Assembly (NCBI GenBank): GCA_964036045.1
Contig: OZ038379.1
Span: 21,700,001-21,764,000 of the forward strand
Length of the DNA stretch: 64,000 nucleotides
Source of the DNA: Eutreptiella sp. 'Long Island Sound 2002'
Lineage: Eukaryota; Protista; Euglenida
Reading direction: 5' to 3'
The notes beneath the pieces were generated by a model, which ran no database searches, was not told where the DNA came from, and was given only the letters and a program-made list of their open reading frames with translations. Position numbers and translations under genes: made by a program. This document shows positions 23,432 to 35,429 of the stretch, piece after piece. Each line of letters starts with the position of its first letter. Position 1 is the stretch's first letter.

Positions 23432-26282
23432 GATATATGTAAACAGTGAAGAATTTAAGTCGAAAAATGAAAGGAAATGTTCCTGGAAAATGGGCAACAG
23501 ATGCAACAGAATGAACTGAGCTGAACGGTTTTTTGATGTTTCTTGCACGCCTCGTCGTGGCCGCATCGCGCTCCACAGATAAAAAAAACTACTCAAGCAA
23601 ATTTTGTTATTCCAGAGACATGTCATTTTTTTCTCGGATATTGACTTAGAATTGATTTCCTGAGATGAATTCCAACTGTCATTTTCTCTTGGCAGGTTTG
23701 TGGCTCCCATCTCCTAACTTGTTCAGCTTGGAAGCAATTTTCTTTAATTTGGAGGCCAAAGCGCACACACAAAAGAGCAAAGGTCAAGTTCAAGGGTCAC
23801 AAAGGCACAAACAGTGCAATTTTTTGAAAATAGGTGGTACTTGTCACTTTGGATATGCAGGTCGCTTGAGATAAGGTGCAGGTCACTTTGGAGAAGGTGT
23901 AACCGACAGCAGTAAAGGCAAAAGAAAGCACTCCGCAAACAAATGACATCATCACCAAAGGCTGAGTGTATGGAGGAGTGTGTTCGGGTCCCTATTGAGC
24001 AACTCGTTGATACCAATGCGTGAGTTGCGGGGCCCAACACTGATACATGGTGAATGTGGTTCTGGTTAACTTCTAATACAACAAGTAGAACAAAAATGCA
24101 AAGGGCTTGCAGGCCCTAGGCACTGTTGTGGACGCGCATGTGCATTAACAGCGTCCACTCAAACATTTGTCCGATGAATTCATTTTGCAAATCGGTTTTG
24201 AGCATAAACGAAACACCGTGTCCGCGGCGATAGTGGACTCGGTTTCGGCCACTTGGGTTTTCTCTCCACCTATAAGAATGGAGTGCAACAAGTGTCACAT
24301 GGCATTTGGTGGCTCTACAAGTAGCAGACGGATGCTTGGGTTTCACAGTGATTGTTTGAGTACACCTCTGAAGACGCTTGTGCTTTGCCTTGAACGCGCA
24401 TTTTTGTCTTGTTGAAACTTTCAACTTTCAAACTCAATCAAAATCAACACGCTGCTCATGAGTGCTCCGCGACCTTGAGGATGCTGACCGGGTGTCGGGC
24501 TTGCCAAGATCAATTTGTGCACTGCATAGTGAGGCCCTTGGACAGCCACAATCTCAAACGGAATGTTCAACAGTGTGATTGGATTTTGTCTAGGAGGGCC
24601 CACTTGCATGTTTTTTGTTCATGCATGATCTTTGCATACTTGGAGAGACTCAAAATGAATCCACATGGCAATAGAACCATGTCAAGTGTTTCAAGGCCAC
24701 CTCTGCCGTTAGTGATCACAGGCTATTCGCACAACAGATCAATTCATCCCCCAACCACACCAATTGTGGGGACAGATGTGGTTGGCCAAAGAAGTCAAGA
24801 TTAGCTTTCCAATTGTTGGTGGTGTCCGTATCATGATCAGTGTTCACTGCCCATGCATCATTCGCCACACATGTGTTCGACCATTGAGACCCAAGTGTCC
24901 TTGGGATGCCGCGGCTCAGCTTTGCAGGAGTGGCTGTTGGATAGATGTGAGTGTGGAAGATGCATGCTGGTGTTCGATGAAGATGTAATGAGCAAGGTTG
25001 TGCAATGGGTGCTGCCCCCAATACTGCAGGGATATGGAGTCGATCATCACAGCAAGTTAAGTTGCCACAAGAAGAAGGAACAGCTTGCCAAGGATGCATC
25101 TTAGTGATGCACCCAGACTCAAAATGACAAAAATATCTGACCCAGAGATTCGAAGACCATCCATCTAGCAGCCACTAGTGAGAGGGCACTCTTACCATGG
25201 TGCACGTGTGGTGCAAACTTTGGGTATATTTGGAGACCCACAGGGACTTTTAGCACCTGCTAGGGAGGCGTTAATCACGTGTTGCTCTGCCCACTTGCTG
25301 CAGGTATGCCGCGTAAACATGGGGTAGTTTAGGCACTGACTTGTTGTCTCACAGCTCTGAAACAACATGTCTTTGTGTTCCTTTTATGCCTGCCAATAAT
25401 ACCCGGAGGCCTCCGGGTAGTTTTTGTTCTTCCTTAAAGGCGCTTGATTGTTGTAGTTAGTTCTTGGAGGCTTTTATTTCCTGGTGCCTTCTGGATAGTT
25501 GCTTTTATTTGCTTGCATTCACCTCGTGGTCAAGAACAGAAGGAACTCTCTCCAGTGTACTTGAACAATGATAGATGACGTTGGTGAAACCTAGGAAGAC
25601 AGGTGGCGTGCATGCAACTAAGATTTTCTGGGGTTGTATGGGCTGTTTGTGTAGGTACATTTTGGGATGCACTGGTGTTTGACCGCTAATAGTTGCCATG
25701 GTGCGGACACAGTGCGCAGCAGTGTAATAACTCGCACTAAGAGGGACAATGGCAGGCAAATTCAGGATCCACGTGGGCCACAGAAAAGCATTTGGGAACC
25801 CGAACTTGTGATGCATTCTGTAAGGCCCAAAGACTCTGCGATGGCATGTGGCCACCTGGCTCCTCTTTGCTTCTCCCAATATCAGAAGGTTTCTGAAGCG
25901 ATGGGACTACCATCTGCAAGCATTTGCCTGTGTTCTGTTGCATATGGGCAATTTTTTTGGGGTTTGCCCTTTACGGGGCTTTTCCGGGTAATTGTGCCAA
26001 GCGTGGCATGCAAAGTATGGGCAGAGCAAACAACCCATGCATAGCAGCACCGCAGGTGTTTCCCTCCGTCTGTTGCTTGATGTCCCTCCGTCTTGTTGCT
26101 TGACGTTGTGAAATGTGGGGCTGTGACCGGTTATTGCGGCAGCGAAGCCGCTCAAAATCCACGAGCAACAAGTGGCTCAACAAGCATGGCCCCTATCCTT
26201 AGATGCATCATCCACTTCCAATATGTGTCACCTGTTTGTGGACCAGGTGCACTAGGAGGCGGGTTGCACTACATCAGTGGCT

Positions 26283-27180
26283 TAAGTCCGGGTTATAGAC
26301 CCGGGAACTCAGACCCGAGTCCGGGTTATGTAGCCCGGAACTCGGGTGTCCCAAGTTGTGGGTTATATAACCCGGACTCGGGTCTAAGTTACAGGTTATA
26401 GGGGTACAAGATACTAATGGAAAAGCAATGTATAATTGGAACTATACAAATATGGAACTTGTTGCTTCGTGCTTTGATAGGGTGTTCTTTCAAAAATGTA
26501 CGGCAAGCAATTGGCAAACATGTTCGGATTTGTTCCTTCTCCTTTCAAGGCAGCCAAATGGGAGGGAAGTGGTGCCAAGGACAAGGCGCCTCAAAAAAAC
26601 GTGCATCCCAAATGTTTCCGTTGCGATCATCAGGTGCGGGCAAAGGATGCAAGTGGTAATCGGCGGCCGGTGAAATGTGCTTGTTGCTCCGCCATCTTCC
26701 ACTTGGGATGTGCTGGTGTGACTCATCCACCGTGGTTTGGGTCGTGGGCATGTGATGGATGCAAGAAGGCCATGTAGGGCCAGTCTGTTGTAACATTCTT
26801 TGGCGATTGCTTGGATTCTTCACTATCTATTTGATTCCGGCTGAAAGAGACCGGCACCATACTTTGTTTGCTAGTGTAAAAGAGAGTGGCACCAAAGCAT
26901 GGAACGTATCTTACTACCAGTGGCACATGATTTGCTATTGTTGTGTTGCGATTGCACATGGGCGCGATCCAAAGGCCCAACCCGATCAGAGGGTGTCAAG
27001 GTGGAGACAACAAGGGACAGGCAAGGGGGCAAGAATCGGAAACAATGGCAAGCTCTCCGTGGATACATAACCCGGACTCTTGGGTTTGAGTTCCCGGGTC
27101 TCCATAACCCGGACTTAGAAACCAAGTGTTATAACCCAGAACTCGGACCGAGTCCCGGGTTATACACCCGGTTTATATAT
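26283..27180. mobile_element. Fold-back element with ATAACCCGGACT-motif arms enclosing a PHD ORF
   Basis: TAAGTCCGGGTTAT(GG)AGACCCGGGAACTC IR at about 26283-26310 / 27088-27117; perfect 18-bp internal IR GACCCGAGTCCGGGTTAT in the left arm. Confidence 0.6.
26496..26777 (+). CDS. PHD-finger (C4HC3) ORF, probably TE-derived
   Basis: CFRC...CACC...HLGC...WACDGC spacing, including the conserved Trp before the last Cys pair. Confidence 0.6.
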   Translation: MYGKQLANMFGFVPSPFKAAKWEGSGAKDKAPQKNVHPKCFRCDHQVRAKDASGNRRPVKCACCSAIFHLGCAGVTHPPWFGSWACDGCKKAM

Positions 27181-27408
27181 AGAGCTGTGGCGCGCGGTGC
27201 AGCCCCACTGTGATCTTTCTCAGTTGAGCACACATACAAACAACAAAAGATCATCCCATTGCGCACATTTCAGGTGCCCTCGTCTCTGTGTTCTCAGGGT
27301 CGCTCTCATGGTCTGTGGTGCCGTCCGCAGGGACGTGCCGCGCATGTAGACACGCCACAGCACGCCATCGGCCCGTCTCACGCGCACCGTGTTGACGCCC
27401 AGGCTCTG

Positions 27409-27603
27409 ATGGTGCGTACCGCCAAAATCGGGGATGTGGTCACACTGTTCCACGAGTCGCTGTCCGGGTGGATGTACGCCACGCGGCTTGAGGGGGCCCT
27501 CTACGTTGACGAAATGGACCGCGAGCTAGAGTTCCAGAGCCCGCCGAACCCACAGGACTGCCTGTTCCGCCTGCACCCACAGCACCGCTTCGCAGCTCTG
27601 AAG
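27409..27603 (+). CDS. ITPR-like: IP3 receptor-like channel, exon 1 (suppressor domain)
   Basis: KIGDVVTLFHES...PPNPQDCLFRLHPQHRFAALK resembles IP3R GDIVSLYAE...[22 protein letters not shown]; ends AAG|GT. Confidence 0.85.
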
Positions 27604-28020
27604 GTACCCCACACCATCCCTTCTGCTGGGGAGGCGGTCGGGCAATTTCTGCGGTGCACAGGGGAGTCCCGAAGGACGTGCACAAGTTGCTCTTTCCTTT
27701 CGCTCTAAGGACTCCCCCCCCCCCCCCCCCGCCACAGCTCTAGTTACTGTCAAAGTGCTGCCCGTATGGGCATTCTCAAATTACCGCCGGCTACCCTCCA
27801 ATAATCGAGGTGGGTTTGATGGACGGCAGCAGGTTTTTTTCCTCTATGGAGCTGCCCTGGCTGTGGACCGTCCCGTCATGAAGGTCGCCAAGTCGCACCT
27901 GTGAAGGAAATCCAGCAACATGGTTATGTGCAGTTTCAATGGAACATACTTGGCAGGGCCGGGCAGCACAACCCCACCACAGGCTTCTTCCAGGGAGGGT
28001 GTGAGCAAGCTAGTGCAGCC

Positions 28021-28536
28021 GCAGCATGCCGCAGCATGCCGCAGCGTGCCGCAGCATGCCGCAGCATGCCGCAGCACCTTTTTTTTGGAGCTGCACATGG
28101 GGGTTTTGAAGCATGCCGCAGCATGCCGCAGCGTGCCGCAGCATGCCGCAGCATGCCGCAGCGAGCCAAAATTTTCACATGGCGGACTTTTTTTGTCATA
28201 ACATGTCGAACCTGTGAACCCTTTGTTGCACAGATGTCTCAGAACTGGATGGTAGCTCAGTGGTCTATGTACCAGATCTTAGTTCGGAGGATCCTGGGTT
28301 CCACTCCCGGAATGGGCAATTATTTGCCTGTCAGTTCCTCTCTATTGTTGCACAGATCTTTGCTTTTTTGGTGTATTGGGAAGGTATTGGGGACCACATC
28401 AGCCTGTCTGCCTTGTCTGTCTGCTCCTGCTCTGTTTGCACGGGAGACATTCTGCCTGCCCCAAGTGTAGGTACCCACATGTGCAGGCAGAAGCATGCCG
28501 CAGCATGCCGCAGCGTGCCGCAGCATGCCGCAGCAC
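28021..28536. repeat. Three arrays of the decamer GCAGCATGCC (28021-28077, 28111-28162, 28493-28536)
   Basis: Near-perfect 10-bp units; each array has a GCGT variant at the same relative place. Confidence 0.9.
28245..28318 (+). ncRNA. tRNA-like segment (pseudo-tRNA or SINE head)
   Basis: A-box-like TAGCTCAGTGG and B-box-like GGTTCCACTCC at tRNA spacing; anticodon and acceptor stems are mismatched. Confidence 0.5.
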
Positions 28537-28869
28537 AAGAAATTTTTCCGAGGGACCGCACTAGCTTGGGTGTGAGTCACTCCCGGTCTGAGCCATTGGT
28601 GCATGTGGTGTCCTGGGGGAGGAGGTTATGGTGGGGCACCTGGAGCGCAGCGCAACGATCTGCGCTCCGGGCCAGAACAACAATTTGTGGGGCAAAGTGG
28701 TAATGTGGCCGCCCGCCACCAGTCAAAGATGGTTGTAAATGTGAGAAATGTAAATGTTTCCACCTGAAGGGCGATTCATGAGCTGGTATGGGTGGGCGTT
28801 TGGAACGCGGTCAATTTGAGGGCTTTCTGGGATAGTATATCTTTAAAGGTAGGGCACACACAGCGCAAT

Positions 28870-28980
28870 GATTCCCCCTGGGCATGGGTGTGGGTATGGG
28901 CATGGGCATGGGCATGGGCATAAGGATAGGTATGGGTATGGCATGGGTGTGGGTATGGGCAAGGGCATGGGCATGGGCAT
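28870..28980. repeat. (GGGCAT/GGGTAT)n microsatellite
   Basis: Visible hexamer run. Confidence 0.85.
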
Positions 28981-29407
28981 AAGAAGACAAATCTTCCCTA
29001 TGTTTCATACCCCCTGGGCAATTGTGGGACCCCCTGATGTTGCATGGGGGGCTTGGAAGGGGGTAAACATATGAACATGACTATACCACAATTGACTCAC
29101 TGCACAAATGTTGCACAACGGTTCACAACAGTTGCACAAGTTCTTTCTTCCATATCAGCCATGTTCTCTGTCCCCTTTTCTCCATTGTGCTCACTGCTAG
29201 TGACTCTGTACGCAGGACTTGCAGTCTGTGGGCGTGATGCGCGGGGTCGAACCCAAATCATGGGGGCCACAGGGGCCCTCAGCAGCTCCACTACCAACAA
29301 CGATGGGGCTTGCCGCTTTATTGAACGGCGGTCTTTGCGTGTGCTGTTGATGCCCGCGTGCTGCACGTGCACTATGAAGCAGACCCCCATCCTCACACGC
29401 CTCCCAG

Positions 29408-29680
29408 GCATACCACAAGCGCGGGCCCGAGGACAACGATGCGCTGCTGCGACAGCAGGCGGATGAGGAGGCGCAGCAGAACTGCGTGGAGGGGCAGGCG
29501 GCCCTCGGCTCCAACGTCCTCTACGGCGCTGTGATCCAACTGCAGCACGTAGCCACGGAGAAGTTTGTGGTGCTGCAGAAGGCGCTGGCGGTGACAGAGC
29601 GGGACAGTTACCGCGTGCGGCTGGACGCTGGGGAAGAGGGCGCGTGGTGGCGCATATGCCCTGCCTACAAGTTCCGGCAG
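29408..29680 (+). CDS. ITPR-like: IP3R-like exon 2
   Basis: LGSNVLYGAVIQLQHVATEKFV...RVRLDAGEEGAWWRICPAYKFR resembles [23 protein letters not shown]...[23 protein letters not shown]; 273 nt, phase 0. Confidence 0.9.
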
Positions 29681-32389
29681 GTGTGCGGCCCCGTGCTGCC
29701 GTCTGACCCTGGCCTCCAGGGCGTGGGGGGGGGGGTGGTCAACAAGTGTCAAGGAGAGTCAACACTACTGGCGCTGCTGGGGAGCCTGGGCGGCAACCGT
29801 GAGGGCCACACCTCAATTAGGGTGTCTTTTGTCAACGAGAGATTTCTTTCATGACAGCCCTTTCCCAAGGCACCGATTGGTTACAGGCGTTTACCGGCAG
29901 TTACAGGCGATATTGTCAGTTACTTGTCTGCAATTGTTAGTGGCTGGCCGACCGCCGTGGATGATGATGGCCGAGGTGCTGGGTGTTGACCGATCTTAGT
30001 CCCCCCCGCATTTACCCCGCCCCCCCACCCCCCCATTCTCCCCCACTGTGGACAGGAAGGGAAGGGGTAGGGGACCAGGGAACCCCCTACACGCACGCCA
30101 GAGGACGTGGGACCGAGGAACCACAACCGGGGACGGAGTGGCCCGACCTCTCCAAAGCGCGCGTGCCACTTGCCAATGCACACCACACCAAGGGTTGGCA
30201 GGCAGCTTCCAGAATTGAACAACATTGACGCCAGCTTCACGTATGCCATGCCCGTCGACAGCAGGCACCACCCCACCGACCAGGTTGAGGTCGCGGGCAC
30301 AGTGCAGGTCACCGGCGCGCCAATCCCCGCCGCACGTTCCGACAATGCATATTCTTTCCCCCTCCTCCAACAGGAGGAGGGGCTCCAAGGGCGCCAGAAG
30401 CGACAGTGACACAGTGTCCATGTAGCAAGGAAGGCTCGCGGTGTTCAACACCGCACAGAGCGCTGAGTCATGAGTGAAATGCACTCCCCTCCACCTCAAT
30501 GTCTGTTGTATGTACAAATCTGTACCCACGAGGCCTGTAGGCCCAAGGACCACTCTGCAGCAGGGGACGGCGCGGCCGAGAGGGGCCAACACAAGCAAAT
30601 TCCGTCGTACTGATGACCAGTGACCTGCATACATGCTGTCCTGCTAGAGGTACGGCCCGACAGCTGATCGGAAGGACAGATGGGCTTTAAGCCCTTACGA
30701 GTGTTTGCATTCCAATGAACCAACAGGCGACAGCAGACTTGGTGCAGTGGACTTAAGGGAAATAGGGTTCTTGCCCCTGACTCAACCATTGAACTTTTGG
30801 ACAGCGCACACAATCACCAAGATCTGGCACACTGAACTGAGAGCAATGAAGACTGTGGTGGCAGGTGCGGTTGGAGCTAATGGCACATGGAAGCACCCCT
30901 GACCCATTGTGGCCTCGTTCTCCCCCGCCCCGCCACCACCCCTACCCCCTGCCTCTCCCCCCAGTCGCCCCCTTTCCCCCCTATGCTCCTTCAGGAGGGG
31001 CCGGCTTGGTGGTTTGCCCTCCGAACCCCCCGAAGCTAACGGGCCTGCAGCCCCGCACCCCGGGAGTATTCCCAGGCAGGTCTGGAGGGCAGGGAGGCGC
31101 TCTGCGCGCTCTGGGACCCCTGCTGCTGCTTCAGGCGTGCCCGTGGGATGTTGGACCCGCCACCTGTGCCGTATGGCAGTCAAGGAGTGTGGGTCCTCCC
31201 CAGTCATGCCGCACATCGGGGCTGCCCTCATGCCTGAGCAGCATGTCTCTGTGACCCGGAGGCTATGTAGCCCTGGCCCTCCCCGGGTGGACTCAGTGTA
31301 AGGCTCCCCTAGCCTCCCCCCGGGGCCCGGAGCACCAGGCAAACACTGCGCCCCCCCACACACCCACACACAGGCACCATGATGGCGTCCGCCCCACACC
31401 AGTGCAACAGTGTGGTCTACGGGAGCTGTCCCAGTCCGCTTGGCCTTGGAACTGGACAGCCAGGATTTGGGACCAGTGCCGCGCAGGGATGGCCCCGCAG
31501 GCCTGCAATCCCCCGCCTGTGTGAGGCCCTTTCCCAGCCCTATCCCTCTGCTCCTTTTCCCACTGCCACTCCTGCTCGTCCTGTGGTTTTGTCGGTTGCT
31601 GGTTTTTGAGGTTCCAATGACGACTGGGGCCGTCCCAGTCCAGGGGCGGTCTTGACCGTTCCTGAAGGTACTATGGCAGACCTGTCAGGTTGTCTCAAGC
31701 TCCCCCGCAATGGACTTGGGGCTACAAGGCCACCGCAGACCCTGGGCAACCCAGCCGCAGTGAAGCCTGACACATGCACATGTACCTGACATGTGCTCAC
31801 TTGCGCGCGCGCGTACACACACACAACCACGTCAATTCATGGTCCTAACCATAGGCACTGGGGCCCTACGCAAATCAGTCAGTGGAGTATCTGCCCTGAC
31901 CTGCAGGCAGTGGCACCCACCACAAGTCCCACAATGTGCTACGGTGTCAGGGACACATTGGCAGTGGTGTTGCACAGTCTGAGACATGATGCACGAGGTC
32001 AGGGCCAAGCCACCAGAGCACAGGACCAGGTCTGCAGGTCTTGAGACTGAGGAGGCTTGCCGGAGGATGTCACACTCACCACAGCTCCAAAGTTCGGGTC
32101 CGGTCTTGTCCGGTAAAAGGCGGGGCAGGTTCCGCAGCCACTTCCAACGGGTGAGAATGGGACACTTGTCCCTCTGCTCACATGTGCGGCTTCTGCCCCT
32201 TGACGTCGCGTTCATGCCGGCGCCGGTAACGCTCACACGCAAGTCATTTCAAGACCGTAAAGCTCAGAGGGTGGTTGCCACCGAATCGGATGTGGGGAGC
32301 GTGACACAGGGCCCTGGGGTTCCGGATCACCAAAGTGTTACCCATCGGAGGTGAGCCATGTGTCCAGCCATTTTGCCGTTGGCTGTCCT

Positions 32390-33665
32390 CACGGGGGGGA
32401 CGTCTCCTCGGTCCCGGTACGCGACCCCCCCCCCCCCCCCCCCCCTCCGGGCCCTCCGGGCCCACTTAGTTACCAAGGGTCAATGGCTACTAGCCATACA
32501 TAGGGTGGCGCCGAAGGCGCCCGAAAATTTTGTCCCCTTTGCTGGGGACCCCCGAGAATGCAGGGTTGAGGTAGGACTCCGACGCTTCTTGACTCAATCC
32601 ATTTTAGCAAACCCACACGGGGCACCTGGACCCCTAACCAGGGACCAGCGCCGGATAGGGCAAGACGGGGCGCTATATAAATGCCGTTTGTTGCCCACCT
32701 AAACACAATGCTGCTGCGGCCAAACTAGCTTGTGGGATTTGTTCGTTAATCTGTTCGTTCGTTCGTTCATACCCCGTGTCACAAAACTTCCACCCAGCAC
32801 AGTGCCCAAACCCAAACCTTGTGTGCTGAAACCTAAACCAATACCAATGCACTCGCCGCAGAGCGATGGGAGTAGGCACCCGGGAAAGCATTCGCCGCAG
32901 AGCGACGGGAGTAGGCACTGTCTTGGTGGCATGGTCATTAAGAATCGCGAATACAGGAGTTGCATTAGATACGTCTTTGCCATGTTTCTTGCCTGTGCTC
33001 CACGGAATCCCGCATGTGTTTCCCTGTTTCCTGTGTGCAGTTCTTTCTCGCCCCATGAGAGCGGCGGAATACAAATGTCTCCGATTCCGACTCGTCGTCG
33101 GAGGGAGAACTTTTTAAGTGAGCCGTGGGGTAGTGGAAAAAAAAGGGACGGAACGAGCTGTATTTGTGTATACGGCGAAGGAAAAAAAAAACCATTACTA
33201 TAGAGCGGTACTTGTGTGTACGGCGAAGGAAAAAAAAACCTACTCCCACACAGTTGCATTTGTGTATGCGGCGAAGGAAAAAAAAACTATTCATATAGAG
33301 CGGTACTTGTGTGTACGGCAAAGGAAAAAAAAACCAATCGGGTGCCTCGTAGGCTTGGGCAACCTGCAAGGCACCCAGCTGCTCTCCGGTGTGATGGGCC
33401 GTGTCGGAGAGACCAGCATATATATACGGCCCTCCCCAGGCAGGGGGTGTGGGCGCCTACAACCACCATTGCAATGGTGAGGAGGTAGAGTGGAGGCCTC
33501 CGTTGTTGTAGAGTAACCCCTTAGGCCACCGCGTCTCTGCCAGACTGGACTAGACCTCTGCTAAACCCTCCCCCCCAACCCCCCCCCCCCCCTAGCAACT
33601 AGCAGCAACTAGCTAGTCCCCTAGGGAGGCCCTCCTCGGCGGCTAGCCCCCCCCCCCCCCAGAAG

Positions 33666-33697
<32 letters not shown>

Positions 33698-33767
33698 TGG
33701 GGGCCTTCGGCCCACTTCTACTGGGGGGGGGAGTCGCGTACAGAAGCGAGGAGACGTCCCCCCCGTG
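32390..33767. mobile_element. 1,378-bp non-autonomous TIR element with an 8-bp TSD (hAT-like), in IP3R intron 2
   Basis: Perfect 21-bp TIR CACGGGGGGGACGTCTCCTCG plus inner GTACGCGAC; TSD GCTGTCCT at 32382-32389 and 33768-33775. Confidence 0.9.
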
Positions 33768-34095
33768 GCTGTCCTTTGTTTCCCGTTTGCACAGTGCCAT
33801 TGCCTCACGTCGGCCAGGCACCTCCCTGCCTCTATCCTTTTGGCCAAATGGTCCCTCTGGTCTTGTATTGGCCACTGCCGAGCCTCTGTCTGCTGTGCTG
33901 CTGTGCACGTGCCCTCGCACTGCCATGATGCGGCCCTCCACTTGGGGCACGACTGTGCACAGCAGCTGTCCCGAGCGCTGGCTGCAGCTTTTCAGGATGG
34001 GGGGGGGGATTGAGGCAATTTCCCGCAATTTTTCAGCAATTGCTTTCTGCTTGTCCACTGCTTGTGCGTGCCCTCTGTGTCCCGTCCGACCGCAG

Positions 34096-34455
34096 GTGGG
34101 TGACCCCGTGCAGTTCCGTGACGTGTTCTACCTGCAGTCGGCCAAGGGGGCGGCGGGCAAGAACGGCAGCCTGCACGTGTCGGACCTCCCCGTACCCGCG
34201 GCGGTGCGGGTCCACCCCACGTACGTCTCGGACGTGTACGAGGTCAACTGTGCCCCGACGGAGGCCCGGTTCCAGATCCTGCCGTGGCAGGACTTCCAGG
34301 CGGCCCCGGCCCCAGGGGGGGTCCATGGCGGCGGGGTCGTGATGCTCAGCCTGCCGGAGCGGGGCAGCTGCCTCGCGCAGCACGCGCGCTGCACCGAGCA
34401 GCTGCAATTCGTTGCGACGGACCCGGCGGAGGTGCGGACCAGCAGCATGTGGAAG
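34096..34455 (+). CDS. ITPR-like: IP3R-like exon 3 (MIR region)
   Basis: VGDPVQFRD...YEVNC...GGGVVMLS...TSSMWK; 360 nt, CAG/GT bounded. Confidence 0.88.
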
Positions 34456-34679
34456 GTCCCCCCCCGCCCTGAGCCCCCGCCCTTTCAGGGGGTGGTTCAG
34501 CGGGGTGCCGGCGCTCTTTGACGTGCATCCCCGCTCCAAACAGTTGTGCGGCACCTCTGGGCCAAAGAGTGCCGTGACGCCGCCTCACAGTTGTGGCCGT
34601 GAAGGGCCTCAGTCTTGTTCCTCTCAGTCCCCTCCATCTCAGCCCCCCCCCACCTCAATCCCCTCGCTCGCAGTCATGA

Positions 34680-34773
34680 CTGGCCGATATGCAGAGTCGT
34701 CGGGGACGCCATTGTGCACCCCCAGGACGTCTTGTGAGCCTTAAGATCGGCCTCCAAATCCAAATCCAAATCC
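34680..34773 (-). repeat. Copy of the (GGATTT)n-GGTGGCCGATCTTAAGGCTCAC dispersed family; other copies at 53364-53460 (+) and 59581-59669 (+)
   Basis: About 90-100-bp shared sequence ending GACTCTGCATATCGGCCAG; partial copy near 63921. Confidence 0.8.
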
Positions 34774-35030
34774 CTCCCTCTCAGTCTTCTGTCTCTCTCC
34801 ATTCCACTCCATCTCACCCCCCCCCCCCTTCATCCCCCCCCTCTGCCCCCCTTCTCATTCTACCCCTTCCCTCCCCATCCCCTGCCTCTCAGTACCCCCT
34901 CTCACGGAATCCGCTCCCTCTCAGTCCCCCTGCCTCTCACTCCCATCCCATTCCCCTCAGTCCCCATTCCCTCACTCAGCCTCAGCCCGCCTCAGTCCCT
35001 CCCCGTCCTAGCCCCCCCCCCCCCCCGCAG

Positions 35031-35429
35031 GTGGAGCCCAAGGACGTGGCGTGGGGCGGGCAGCCCGTGGAGCTCGGCCGCCTGTACCGCCTCAAGCACG
35101 TGCTCACAGACCTGTACCTGACGACCGCCGATCCCGAGGACGGGGCGCTGTGCCTCACTGCGGACTACCTCCGGGACGACTGCCTGTGGCTGCTGGAGGG
35201 CATTGAGGGCGGCCGGCGGGCCCGCGTGGGCGGCACGACGCCGCTCTACCTCCGCCACCACCGCCACAAGGCCTGGCTGCAGGAGACCCCCTCTGGCCCG
35301 GCGTGCGTGGCGGAGCGGGACCCCACGCAGTATCTGATGCTGGTGCCCTCCTCGAGGGAGACGGCGCAGGACCTCGACCACCTCCGCGCCTTCCATATGG
35401 CGCTGGAGGACTTCGCGGAGGGCCTGCAG
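35031..35429 (+). CDS. ITPR-like: IP3R-like exon 4 (MIR region)
   Basis: GRLYRLKHVLTDLYL resembles SLFRFKHLATGHYL; 399 nt, phase 0. Confidence 0.88.

Noticed and set aside
24400-26200. Possible transposase remnants (DSHNLKRN; Cys-rich pieces)
   Set aside because: Motifs are too short and fragmented to support a family call.
28270-28290. TTA anticodon suggesting an ochre-suppressor tRNA
   Set aside because: The anticodon stem does not pair, so the register is arbitrary; not a functional tRNA.
33161-33335. CRISPR-like repeat-spacer pattern (TTGTGTRTRCGGCGAAGGAAAAAAAAA with about 19-nt spacers)
   Set aside because: Spacers 1 and 3 are near-identical (A-B-A), there are only 4 units, they lie inside a TIR element, and no cas genes are present. 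This is a tandem duplication.
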